Assembly (NCBI GenBank): GCA_964474015.1 | Contig: CAYYRG010000001.1 | Coordinates: 1 to 48,586, forward strand | Source of the DNA: an uncultured Anaerolineaceae bacterium | GTDB taxonomy: Bacteria > Chloroflexota > Anaerolineae > Anaerolineales > DRMV01 | Direction of reading: 5' to 3' | DNA: 48,586 nucleotides | Shown: piece by piece, positions 26,492-35,229 of the stretch | Layout of the letters: the number at the start of each line of letters is the position of its first letter | Numbering within the stretch: the first letter of the stretch is position 1 | The notes under the pieces: model-generated | The model's database searches: none | The model's input: only the letters and a program-made list of their open reading frames with translations | Told to the model about the DNA's origin: nothing | Translations under genes and position numbers: made by a program

Positions 26492-28204
26492 TCAGTGCAT
26501 GCCGTTTTGCCACAGGAGGAATTCGCGCAAAATCGAGCCGCCCACGAATTCCCGCAGCAGGGAATCGTCAGGCACGAGGGAAGCATCGAGGGGAACGAAC
26601 CATTCCAGCAGCGAGAGCAGGCGTTTGGCTTCGATGTGGGCCGGGGTATGGTGAGGCACCTGAAGCAACAGCGGCACCGCGAACGGCTTGAGCACGGCCA
26701 GTTCGTACACCAGGGCCGAGTTGAACATCACATCGGCCTCTTCCTGGAAAGGGAAGATCCAGCGCTTCTCGCCGCGGCGCACGGCTTCCCAACGGCCAAT
26801 GGTATCTGCGGCGGTGTAACCCCGGTCGCGGGCATCGCGCACAATGCGGCGAATGAGCCGCGTGTCGGTGGTGGAAACCCGATTGTGGCAGTCAAGGTTG
26901 AGCTGCGTCAACGCCGAGGCGTAAATGCGGAAGGTTTGCTCTTGCGGAATGCCCGGCAGCAGGCGGGGGTCCAGGCCGTGGATGCCTTCCATGATGATCA
27001 ATTGGTCAGGCGCGAGCTGGACGACTTCGCCGGGCTCGCTGCGGCCTTCCTTGAAATTGTAGCGCGGCAGTTGAACCTCTTCGCCGCGCAACAACCGGCT
27101 GACATCGGAGGCCAGCCGTTCCCGGTCCAGGGCGTCGATGTGCTCGAAATCATAATTGCCGTGCTCATCCCTGGGCGTTTTCTCGCGATCCACGAAATAG
27201 TTGTCCAGTTCCAGGGGGAAGGGAGAAAGCCCCTGGGTGAGCAATTGCACCGCCAGGCGCTTGGAAAAGGTCGTCTTACCCGAAGAAGAAGGGCCGGCAA
27301 TCAACACCACCCGCACCTGATCGCGGCGGTGGGCAATCTGGCTGGCAATATCGGCAATGCGCTGCTCGTGCAGGGCTTCAGCCACCAGCACGATTTCGCG
27401 AATGCGCCCGTTCTCCACTGCATCGTTGAGCGCCCCAACGTTGTTGATGCCCAGCCGCCGCAGCCAGTCGCCATATTGCTGAAACGTGGTCAGCAGTTTG
27501 GAGGGCCTGCTCATGGGCGGCAGTTCGGTGGGCTTTTCACGTTTGGGGAAGCGCAAAATGAAGCCGTGCCCCGCCTGCACCAAACCAAACCAGCGCAAAT
27601 AGCCGGTCGAAGGCACCATATAGCCGTGGTGATAATCGAGATACTCGCCAAGGCGGTACACGGTGAGGTAGTCTTTCGTGCGGTGACGCAGCAAACGCAC
27701 TTTGTCGCCGTGGCCATGTGCCTTGAAATAAGCGATGGCCTCATCCAGGGGCATTTCGCCGCGCACGATGGGCACATCGGCCGCGACCAGTTCCCGCATG
27801 CGGGTTTCCAGCCGTTGCAATGCCGCGGCATCCAGCGCGGGCCTGGTGCGGCAGAAATAGCCCCCCGACACCACCGAGTGATCTACGGCGAGGCGCCCCT
27901 CGGGGAAGAGTTCCGAAAAGGCAACTTCGAGTAAGAACACTAACGAACGGCGATAAATGCGCATCCCGTCCGAATCGGCCAACGTGACCGGCTGCACGCG
28001 AGCCTCCAGCCGCACCGGGTAAGTCAGCTCGTGGAGTTCGTCGTTGACAATAGCCCCCATGAGGGGGGCGGGCAGTTCGTCCACAATCAACGCGAGGAAA
28101 TCGCCCACAGGGGCCCCGCGCGCCCCGGCAATGACCCGCCCGTCGGGCAGGTGGATTTCTACTTCAGGCGAAGGTTCGACGATGCGGAAGGTGTCTTCGG
28201 GCAT
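26492..28204 (-). CDS. Long uridine-kinase/phosphoribulokinase-like P-loop protein with a TGS/ThrRS-N-like N-terminal region
   Basis: Walker A VLIAGPSSSGKTTFSKRL within a PRK/Udk-like C-terminal half. The N-terminal part of about 280 aa resembles the ThrRS-type N-terminal modules seen in long Udk-like proteins; this is from memory, not searched. Start at ATG 28204 with GGAGG upstream. Confidence 0.8.
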   Translation of the reverse strand: MPEDTFRIVEPSPEVEIHLPDGRVIAGARGAPVGDFLALIVDELPAPLMGAIVNDELHELTYPVRLEARVQPVTLADSDGMRIYRRSLVFLLEVAFSELFPEGRLAVDHSVVSGGYFCRTRPALDAAALQRLETRMRELVAADVPIVRGEMPLDEAIAYFKAHGHGDKVRLLRHRTKDYLTVYRLGEYLDYHHGYMVPSTGYLRWFGLVQAGHGFILRFPKREKPTELPPMSRPSKLLTTFQQYGDWLRRLGINNVGALNDAVENGRIREIVLVAEALHEQRIADIASQIAHRRDQVRVVLIAGPSSSGKTTFSKRLAVQLLTQGLSPFPLELDNYFVDREKTPRDEHGNYDFEHIDALDRERLASDVSRLLRGEEVQLPRYNFKEGRSEPGEVVQLAPDQLIIMEGIHGLDPRLLPGIPQEQTFRIYASALTQLNLDCHNRVSTTDTRLIRRIVRDARDRGYTAADTIGRWEAVRRGEKRWIFPFQEEADVMFNSALVYELAVLKPFAVPLLLQVPHHTPAHIEAKRLLSLLEWFVPLDASLVPDDSLLREFVGGSILREFLLWQNGMH

Positions 28205-28279
28205 GGTAGCCTCCTGGTGACCCGCGAAAGCCCGCGGGCGAGATCGGTGCCGCGAGGGCACCACCAATCCTCATTTTTA

Positions 28280-28308
28280 TTGTAACACCGCCGGGCGTGT
28301 GGTATATT
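28280..28308 (+). promoter_or_regulatory. Sigma70 promoter with extended -10; predicts a leaderless transcript
   Basis: TTGTAA (28280-28285), 17-nt spacer, TGgTATATT (28300-28308). The ATG at 28315 begins 7 nt after the -10 hexamer. Confidence 0.55.
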
Positions 28309-28314
28309 CCCCCC

Positions 28315-29094
28315 ATGCGCACCCTTCGATGGCTTGGGTTGACCGTTCTGGTTTGGCTGGCGGCCTGTGCGCCCCAGTCCGCGGGCACCCCCGCGGCGGC
28401 ACGGGCGACGGCGACGCCGACGGCTTTGCCAGCGCCTGTGGTCGTTGCCCTGCCGCAGGCGTTGGAGCCCGCGCGCCCGGCGCTGGAAGCCTGCGCCCGC
28501 GAGCACCACCTGCCCCTGGCGGTCTTTGCCCAACCCCAGGAAGCCCCTCCGCCCGCGACGGCCAACCTGCGGCTGTGGTGGGGCGAGGCTCCACCTGAAG
28601 GGTGGCGCGCCTACCCGCTGGGCAGCGAGCGGCTGGTGGCCGTGGTCCATCGCGACAACGCCGCGACGCCCGACGAAGCCACCTTACGCCGCATGGTGAT
28701 CGGGCAGGTACGGGTTTGGGCCAATACTGCGGCCACACCGCCGCCGCTGGCGCTCTGGCTTCCCATGCCAGGCACCGCCGCGCGCACCCGCCTGGATGCC
28801 TGGCTGGCGGGCGCGCCGCGCCGAGGCGATGCTGCCCTGGCTCCCTCGCCGCAGGCCATGCTGACCGCCGTGCAAGATGACGCCGCCGCGCTGGGCTTCC
28901 TGCCAGCGGCATGGCTGCGGGCTTTTCCAACAAAGGCGCAAGGCGTGCGGACTTTGAACGTCCATCCCCCAGCCTGGCAAGCCCCGCTGCTGGCGCTGCT
29001 CAAGCCCCACGCACCGCCTACGGCCGTTGCCCTGGTGGGTTGCCTGCAGCAAGGCCCCGGCCACGCCCTGCTGCAAGCGCGTTATCTTCCTTAA
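28315..29094 (+). CDS. Hypothetical lipoprotein, possibly with a PstS-like/PBP-like domain
   Basis: Signal peptide with lipobox LAACA. The Ala/Pro-rich sequence includes LRRMVIGQVRVW, reminiscent of the L..IF.G.I..W segment of PBP-like domains (weak). Confidence 0.6.
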   Translation: MRTLRWLGLTVLVWLAACAPQSAGTPAAARATATPTALPAPVVVALPQALEPARPALEACAREHHLPLAVFAQPQEAPPPATANLRLWWGEAPPEGWRAYPLGSERLVAVVHRDNAATPDEATLRRMVIGQVRVWANTAATPPPLALWLPMPGTAARTRLDAWLAGAPRRGDAALAPSPQAMLTAVQDDAAALGFLPAAWLRAFPTKAQGVRTLNVHPPAWQAPLLALLKPHAPPTAVALVGCLQQGPGHALLQARYLP

Positions 29095-29112
29095 AAAGGC
29101 CACCCCCGAGTT

Positions 29113-29143
29113 TTGCCGCTTTCCCGACGGCGGCTGGTATAAT
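29113..29143 (+). promoter_or_regulatory. Promoter of the tsaE array (extended -10)
   Basis: TGgTATAAT (29135-29143). A weak TTGCCG lies 19 nt upstream. ATG 29152 is 9 nt after the -10, so the leader is absent or very short. Confidence 0.5.
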
Positions 29144-29151
29144 GAAAAGCC

Positions 29152-29649
29152 ATGGCGATTTTGCAAGCAGACGCGTTGGAATTCATTACCCGCTCAGCCG
29201 ACCAGACCCGGCGGCTGGGATTGCGCCTCGGGAAGCAACTGCGCCCCGGCGATGTGCTCGCGCTGGAAGGCGACCTCGGCGGCGGTAAAACCACCTTCGT
29301 CCAGGGGCTGGCGGCGGGTTGGGGCTCTACCGACGCGGTTTCCAGCCCGACGTTCGTGCTGGTCAACGTCTACCAGCGCGGCGACGGTGGACGCCTGTAC
29401 CATGTCGATGCTTACCGCCTGAGCGGCGCGGCTGAAGCATGGGATCTGGACATTCCATCGCTGGCCGAAGAAGGCCCCCTGGTCGTGGAATGGGCCGATG
29501 TGATCACCGAGGCTTTGCCCCGTGAACGGCTTACAGTACGCTTTGTGTGGCTGGGCGAATCTCAACGGGCGTTGACTTTTCACCCTCAGGGCGAGCGGCC
29601 CCGGGCGCTGGTGCGCTTATTGCGGGCAGCGATTTTACGGGGCGTGTGA
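29152..29649 (+). CDS. tsaE: tRNA t6A37 biosynthesis ATPase TsaE
   Basis: GDLGGGKTTFVQGL Walker A and the SPTFVLVNVY motif. Confidence 0.92.
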   Translation: MAILQADALEFITRSADQTRRLGLRLGKQLRPGDVLALEGDLGGGKTTFVQGLAAGWGSTDAVSSPTFVLVNVYQRGDGGRLYHVDAYRLSGAAEAWDLDIPSLAEEGPLVVEWADVITEALPRERLTVRFVWLGESQRALTFHPQGERPRALVRLLRAAILRGV

Positions 29650-29655
29650 GGGCTT

Positions 29656-30330
29656 ATGCTGTTGGCTGTGGATACTTCAACAACCCAAATTGGCGTGGCC
29701 CTGTATGATGGAGCGCGCGTGCTGGCGGAAGCCTACTGGCACAGCGGCCGCCGCCACACGCAGGAACTCGCCCCGCTTGTAGCGCAGGTGCTTCAGCACA
29801 CCGGCTTCACCCTTGCAGATGTGCAGGCCGTGGGTGTTGCCCTGGGGCCGGGCTCGTTCACCGGGCTGCGCATTGGCCTGGCCTTTGCCAAAGGGTTGGC
29901 CGTGGGGCGCGGGATGCCCCTCGTCGGCGTGCCGACTTTGGACGCGGTCGCTGCTGCCGTGCCGCCCGCGGCGGAATTCCCCTCACTGGCTGCAGTGCTG
30001 CCTGCGGGGCGGGGGCGGTTGGCGGTGGGGTGGTACACCCAGGCCGAGGGCCGCTGGCAGGCTGCAGGTGAGCCAGAAATCTTTACGGCAGAGACCTTAG
30101 CCCAACGCATTCGCAAGCCCACGGTGGTGTGCGGCGAACTCACCGCCGAGGAACGCGCCCGCCTTGCACGCAAATACAAAACCGTGCACCTGCCATCGCC
30201 CGCAGCCTGCGCCCGCCGACCGGCTTTCCTGGCCGAACTCGCCTGGCAACGCTGGCAACAAGGGCAAACTCACGCCGCGGCCGCGCTCGCTCCCATTTAC
30301 CTGCACACTGGCACCCCCATCCCGGCATGA
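29656..30330 (+). CDS. tsaB: tRNA t6A37 biosynthesis protein TsaB
   Basis: LLAVDTSTTQIGVAL and GPGSFTGLRIG motifs. Confidence 0.92.
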   Translation: MLLAVDTSTTQIGVALYDGARVLAEAYWHSGRRHTQELAPLVAQVLQHTGFTLADVQAVGVALGPGSFTGLRIGLAFAKGLAVGRGMPLVGVPTLDAVAAAVPPAAEFPSLAAVLPAGRGRLAVGWYTQAEGRWQAAGEPEIFTAETLAQRIRKPTVVCGELTAEERARLARKYKTVHLPSPAACARRPAFLAELAWQRWQQGQTHAAAALAPIYLHTGTPIPA

Positions 30331-30818
30331 TGGTGACCATCCGCCCGATGGAAGATGCCGACATACCGGCAGTGCAGGCCCTCGACCGTCAGGCCTTCGC
30401 CCTCCCATGGCCGCCTTCCGCCTATGCCCACGAACTGCACCACAGCCCGCATTCACGGCTGTGGGTGGCCGAGGTTGAGGGGCAGGTGGTGGGCTTTATC
30501 GTGCTGTGGCTCATCCTCGATGAAGCGCACGTCGCGACCTTAGCGGTACATCCCGATTTTCGGCGGCGAGGCATCGCCCGCCGTCTGCTGGAAACTTTGC
30601 TCACGGCGGCGCGAGAAGCCGGGGCGCGGCTGGCGACGCTGGAAGTGCGCGCCGGAAACCTTCCCGCGCAGGCCCTCTACCGGCATTACGGCTTCCGGGA
30701 AGTAGGCCGCCGCCCCAAATATTACACCGACAATGGCGAAGATGCGCTCATCATGACCGTGATGCTGGACTCCCCGGCAGAATTTCCCGCAGAAGGAGAC
30801 CAAGCCCATGAACGCTGA
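30327..30818 (+). CDS. rimI: Ribosomal-protein-alanine N-acetyltransferase (GNAT)
   Basis: GNAT motif A VHPDFRRRGIARRLL. ATGA overlap with the tsaB stop. Canonical tsaB-rimI synteny. Confidence 0.88.
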   Translation: MMVTIRPMEDADIPAVQALDRQAFALPWPPSAYAHELHHSPHSRLWVAEVEGQVVGFIVLWLILDEAHVATLAVHPDFRRRGIARRLLETLLTAAREAGARLATLEVRAGNLPAQALYRHYGFREVGRRPKYYTDNGEDALIMTVMLDSPAEFPAEGDQAHER

Positions 30819-31434
30819 GCAGATTTTGAGCGAAGTGGCGCAGGAAGTCAGCGCCTGCACCCAATGCCCTTTGCACCTGGCGCGCCGCAAAGCCGTGCCG
30901 GGGGAAGGCCCGGCCAACGCTGAAATTATGTTCATCGGCGAGGCGCCGGGCTTTCACGAAGATGTGCAGGGGCGGCCTTTTGTCGGCGCGGCGGGGCAGT
31001 TTTTGGACGAGCTGCTGGAAGGCATTGGCCTCAAGCGGGAGGAAGTTTACATCACCAACGTCATCAAATGCCGCCCGCCGGGCAACCGCGATCCCGAGCC
31101 GGAAGAACTTGCCGCGTGCGCGCCTTACCTCGACCGCCAAATCCAGGCCATTCACCCCAAGGTTATCGTGACCTTAGGGCGGTTCTCGATGGCGAAGTTT
31201 GTGCCCAATGCCAAAATCAGCCAGATTCACGGACGCCCGTTCAAAGTGCGCGGCCAGTTGGTCGTGCCCATGTATCACCCGGCGGCGGCGCTGCATCAAC
31301 CTTCCCTGCGGCGGGTGGTGGAAGCCGATTTTGCCCAACTGCCGGAACTCATCCGCCGGGCGGCTGAAATTCCCGAAACCGAACTGGAAGCCCCACCCGA
31401 GAAGAAACAACCCAAGCAACTTTCGCTTTTCTAA
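30808..31434 (+). CDS. Family 4 (thermostable-type, Fe-S) uracil-DNA glycosylase
   Basis: CTQCPLHLARRKAVPGEGPANAEIMFIGEAPG and HPAAAL motifs. Confidence 0.9.
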   Translation: MNAEQILSEVAQEVSACTQCPLHLARRKAVPGEGPANAEIMFIGEAPGFHEDVQGRPFVGAAGQFLDELLEGIGLKREEVYITNVIKCRPPGNRDPEPEELAACAPYLDRQIQAIHPKVIVTLGRFSMAKFVPNAKISQIHGRPFKVRGQLVVPMYHPAAALHQPSLRRVVEADFAQLPELIRRAAEIPETELEAPPEKKQPKQLSLF

Positions 31435-31449
31435 AGCGAGGAGCCGCCT

Positions 31450-32427
31450 GTGTCCCACTATTTGGTCACCGGCGTGGCCGGTTTCATTGCTTCGCGCGTG
31501 GCCGAAATGCTGCTGGAAGCAGGGCATACGGTGGTGGGGGTAGACAACCTCAACGATGCCTATGACCAACGCCTGAAAGACTACCGCCTCGCGCGGCTGA
31601 CCCGCCGCGCGGGGTTCGTTTTTCACACCCTTGACATTACCGACCGGGATGCCGTGTTCGCCCTGGGCGAAGAGCACGCTTTCGATGCCGTCATCAACCT
31701 GGCGGCGCGAGCGGGCGTGCGTTACAGCGTCGAAAATCCTTGGGTGTATCTCGAAACTAACGCCACCGGTGTGCTCAATTTGCTGGAAATGAGCCGCCGC
31801 GCCGGGGTGCCCAAGTTCGTCCAGGCGTCCACTTCCAGCCTCTACGGCGAAGGCAACGCGGTACCTTACCGGGAAGACGCCAATACCGACCGTGTGCTTT
31901 CCCCCTACGCGGCCAGCAAGAAGGCCGCCGAGGCCCTCTGCTACACCTATCACCGTCTCTATGGGCTGGATGTGACCGTCTTTCGCTATTTCACTGTTTA
32001 CGGTCCCGCAGGCCGTCCCGATATGGCGCCCTTCCGCTTCATTCAATGGATTAGCGAAGGCCGCCCCCTGCGGCTGTTTGGGGATGGTTCGCAATCGCGC
32101 GATTTCACCTATGTGGACGATATTGCCCGCGGCACCTTGCTCGGCCTGAAACCTCTGGGCTATGAGGTCATCAACCTGGGCAATGACCGGCCTTACACGG
32201 TCAGGGAACTCATTGCGCTCATCGAGCGCGCCGTAGGGCGGAAGGCCAACATTGTGCATGAGCCCCGCCACCCTGCCGATGTGGAAACCACCTGGGCCAG
32301 CATCGAAAAGGCCCGTCGCCTGCTGGGGTGGGAGCCGACCATTTCGCTACCGGAAGGCATTCAGCGCACGGTGGCGTGGTATCAGGCCGAGCGGGCATGG
32401 GCTGCGCAGATTTCCACAGGAGCATAA
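31450..32427 (+). CDS. NAD-dependent nucleotide-sugar epimerase/dehydratase (SDR, UDP-glucuronate 4-epimerase-like)
   Basis: GVAGFIASRV (GxxGxxG) and catalytic YAASKKAAE (YxxxK). GTG start with GAGGAG upstream. Confidence 0.88.
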   Translation: MSHYLVTGVAGFIASRVAEMLLEAGHTVVGVDNLNDAYDQRLKDYRLARLTRRAGFVFHTLDITDRDAVFALGEEHAFDAVINLAARAGVRYSVENPWVYLETNATGVLNLLEMSRRAGVPKFVQASTSSLYGEGNAVPYREDANTDRVLSPYAASKKAAEALCYTYHRLYGLDVTVFRYFTVYGPAGRPDMAPFRFIQWISEGRPLRLFGDGSQSRDFTYVDDIARGTLLGLKPLGYEVINLGNDRPYTVRELIALIERAVGRKANIVHEPRHPADVETTWASIEKARRLLGWEPTISLPEGIQRTVAWYQAERAWAAQISTGA

Positions 32428-32428
32428 C

Positions 32429-34273
32429 GTGGCAACCTTGCAGTTTCAACGGTGGCGTGCTGTGTGGAACGAAGAAAGCCCCTTGTGGAATCTCGTCGCG
32501 GCGGGGGGTGTGGCCGCCTTTGCAGCGGTTGCGGGTTATTTTGCCCACCATCAGCAGCCCGTGTTAGACGAAGGCACCTATCTCTACAAAGGCTTACTTT
32601 TCGCGCGCGGCGTCTATCAGCCGCTTCAACCCAACGGGCCGTGGTCCAATCACATGCCGCTTTCGTTTCTGATTCCGGGGTATGTGCAAAAGTGGTTTGG
32701 GCCGGGGCTGGAGGTGGGGCGCTATTTTGCGATTTCCGCCGCGGTGGTGATGTTGCTGGGCCTGTGGCTGCTGGTGCGCCGTTTGACCAACCGGCGCTGG
32801 GCGGCTGCTGCCGTGTGGGCTTTTGTCGCCATGCCCACCGCGGCGAGGGTGTACAGCCTGGCCATTTCCCAGCCCCTGGTGGCAGCCATGTTCGTGTGGG
32901 TGCTGGCGCTGATGGCCGACGAGCGCCCTGCCAAATGGCAATTGGCGCTGAGCGGCTTGCTGGCTGGCGTCATGGTGATGACACGCCTCAACATGGCGAT
33001 TGCGTGGGGGATAGTGGGGCTTTTTGTGACCTGGCTATGGCGACGGCGCAGCGTGTGGTTTTGGGGCGCTTCCCTGGCTGTTGTGCTTGGCCTGCACGCC
33101 TTGTATTGGCCGCGCATCGTGTGGCTGTGGGCGCGCTGGTTGCCCTCGTGGGTGCATTTGCCTGCTCAGTTCAGCATAGATCTCAGCCATGCACCGCAGG
33201 CTGCGGTGACCTCGGTGAGCATGTGGCAACGGCTACGGGCACTAAGCAACGCTCTCATGGCCTGGCCCCTGGCGTGGGCAGGCCTTTTCGCCGGCATGGC
33301 GGCAGGGACGGCCACACGGCCGTCACCCCAGGCTTTCCCTCGACGCGCCCTGGGGGCCGGGGTTGTGCTGGCCTGGGCACTCGCGCTGCTCCACGCCTGG
33401 GCCTCGGTGGGGAAATCGTATTGCGTGGACTGTTTCACGCCTTACAACGGCTTTTATGCACCGTTGATGGTCGCTGTGGGGGCAGTAGGGTTGCACCAGG
33501 CGTGGGAAAACCCGCCCCAGCGGCGTGTGACGCAAGCGTTGACGGCTTTGCTTTTCGCGGTCCTGGCATCCAGCAATTTTCCTGCTTTGCTGGATGCGCT
33601 TTCGCACACTTTCCAGCGCCTTGGCTTCCATGCCGGCGAGGTTTTCTTGCGACGAATCATTGCCTGGCCGCATTTCCACGTGTTTCCCCACCTGTCTATG
33701 CCTGAGGCGGGGCGGGTGTTCTGGACACTTGTGCTGCTTGTGGGCTTCCCTGGGGCGGCCTGGCTGGTGAGGCGACGGCATTTTGCCCCCCGGCGTGCCG
33801 GGCTTATGGGGCTGGCTGCGTTGGCGTTGCTCTCGCCTCTTCCTTTGCTGAGCGGCGCGTGGCGGCCTTACGACTGTGCCCCCGATGTGCTCACCGTTCA
33901 CCGCCAGGCGGCTGAGGCCCTTGCGCGCGCCATCCCGCCTGAGGCCACGGTGTACTGGGCAGCCTATCCACCCACCGTACTGCTCCGCACGCGCGGCATC
34001 AGGGTGTTTCCCCAACAACTCAACGACCATTACAATTTCCGCAACGGCGGCGACCCGCAAATCCTGGCTTCGTGGGGTTATTGGAACCCAACGTTGGCGC
34101 GGCAATGGCTTGCACAGGCCGATGTGGTGATTACGGATGAGCATGTGTTGCTCGACGGTCCGCCGCCGCCTTTCGAGGCCGCCGGCTTTGCCATTCGCCA
34201 GGAGATATCCTTAGTGCCGGAATGTCTGGGGCGGCAGGGTAAATTGGAAATCATGCTGAGGAGCAAGCCATGA
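32429..34273 (+). CDS. Polytopic membrane protein, probable GT-C fold glycosyltransferase (ArnT/PMT-like)
   Basis: At least 10 predicted TM helices followed by a soluble C-terminal domain of about 190 aa. Genomic context is an epimerase and a polyprenyl-phosphate GT2. Start set at GTG 32429, 2 nt after the epimerase stop; the ORF-track start at 32252 overlaps the epimerase. Confidence 0.7.
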   Translation: MATLQFQRWRAVWNEESPLWNLVAAGGVAAFAAVAGYFAHHQQPVLDEGTYLYKGLLFARGVYQPLQPNGPWSNHMPLSFLIPGYVQKWFGPGLEVGRYFAISAAVVMLLGLWLLVRRLTNRRWAAAAVWAFVAMPTAARVYSLAISQPLVAAMFVWVLALMADERPAKWQLALSGLLAGVMVMTRLNMAIAWGIVGLFVTWLWRRRSVWFWGASLAVVLGLHALYWPRIVWLWARWLPSWVHLPAQFSIDLSHAPQAAVTSVSMWQRLRALSNALMAWPLAWAGLFAGMAAGTATRPSPQAFPRRALGAGVVLAWALALLHAWASVGKSYCVDCFTPYNGFYAPLMVAVGAVGLHQAWENPPQRRVTQALTALLFAVLASSNFPALLDALSHTFQRLGFHAGEVFLRRIIAWPHFHVFPHLSMPEAGRVFWTLVLLVGFPGAAWLVRRRHFAPRRAGLMGLAALALLSPLPLLSGAWRPYDCAPDVLTVHRQAAEALARAIPPEATVYWAAYPPTVLLRTRGIRVFPQQLNDHYNFRNGGDPQILASWGYWNPTLARQWLAQADVVITDEHVLLDGPPPPFEAAGFAIRQEISLVPECLGRQGKLEIMLRSKP

Positions 34274-35226
34274 AAATCTCGGTGGTTATCCCGGTTTATA
34301 ACGAGCGCGAGAATTTGCCGCTGCTGGACAAAGCGCTGCACAAGGCGTTGGCTGATTGCCGCTATCCGTGGGAGGCCGTGCTGGTGGACGACGGCAGCAC
34401 CGATGGCAGTGCCGAGGTGCTGGAGCGCCTCGCGGCAGAAGATCCTGCCCGGATGCGGGTGGTGTTCCTGCGGCGCAATTTTGGGCAAACGGCGGCCATT
34501 GCTGCCGGCATTGACCACGCTACAGGCGACCTCATCGTACTCATGGACGCCGATTTGCAGAACGACCCGCGCGATATCCCCCGGCTGGTTGCGAAAGTGG
34601 AAGAAGGTTACGATGTGGTCAGCGGGTGGCGAAAAGACCGCCACGATGCTTTTCTCACCCGGGTGCTGCCTTCCCGCATCGCCAATGCTCTGATTTCATG
34701 GGTCACCGGCGTGCACCTGCACGATTATGGCTGCACGCTGAAGGCCTATCGCCGTGAAGTGCTGGAAGGCTTCCGCCTCTATGGCGAGATGCACCGCTTC
34801 ATCCCGGCCTATGCGGCTTCGGTGGGGGCGCGCATCACCGAAATGCCGGTGCGCCATCACCCGCGCCAGTTTGGCAAGTCGAAATATGGCCTCATGCGCA
34901 CGTTGAAGGTGATTTTGGATTTGTTCACGGTGAAATTCTTGCTGAGCTATTTCCACAAGCCCATTTACCTCTTTGGTGGCATGGGGCTGGCGCTGATTTT
35001 GCCCAGCAGCGGGTTGCTGGTGTTCCTCATCATTCGGCGCATTTTCTGGCATGTGGCGCTGTTTACCTCGCCACTCTTTCAATTGAGTTTGATGTTCATC
35101 ATTTTGGGCTTTCAATCCATTTTGATGGGGCTGATTGCAGAATTATTGGTACGCACCTATCACGAAGCACAAGGGAAGCCCACCTACACCGTGCGGCGGG
35201 TGTTGAACCCTGCTTCCAGGCAATAG
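34270..35226 (+). CDS. GT2-family polyprenyl-phosphate glycosyltransferase (ArnC/GtrB/DPM1-like)
   Basis: ISVVIPVYNERENL, DxD in LMDADLQNDP, and two C-terminal TM helices. ATGA overlap with the upstream gene. Confidence 0.9.
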   Translation: MKISVVIPVYNERENLPLLDKALHKALADCRYPWEAVLVDDGSTDGSAEVLERLAAEDPARMRVVFLRRNFGQTAAIAAGIDHATGDLIVLMDADLQNDPRDIPRLVAKVEEGYDVVSGWRKDRHDAFLTRVLPSRIANALISWVTGVHLHDYGCTLKAYRREVLEGFRLYGEMHRFIPAYAASVGARITEMPVRHHPRQFGKSKYGLMRTLKVILDLFTVKFLLSYFHKPIYLFGGMGLALILPSSGLLVFLIIRRIFWHVALFTSPLFQLSLMFIILGFQSILMGLIAELLVRTYHEAQGKPTYTVRRVLNPASRQ

Positions 35227-35229
35227 GCC

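Noticed and set aside
32252-32428. Upstream extension of the GT-C membrane protein ORF overlapping the epimerase gene by 176 nt. Similar ORF-track extensions occur at 40682 (hydrolase), 30129 (rimI), 47260 (cyclase), 3047 (kinase) and 2362 (regulator).
   Set aside because: The extensions overlap well-supported upstream genes or terminators and lack an RBS. Internal starts with an RBS or stop-start coupling give family-typical N-termini.
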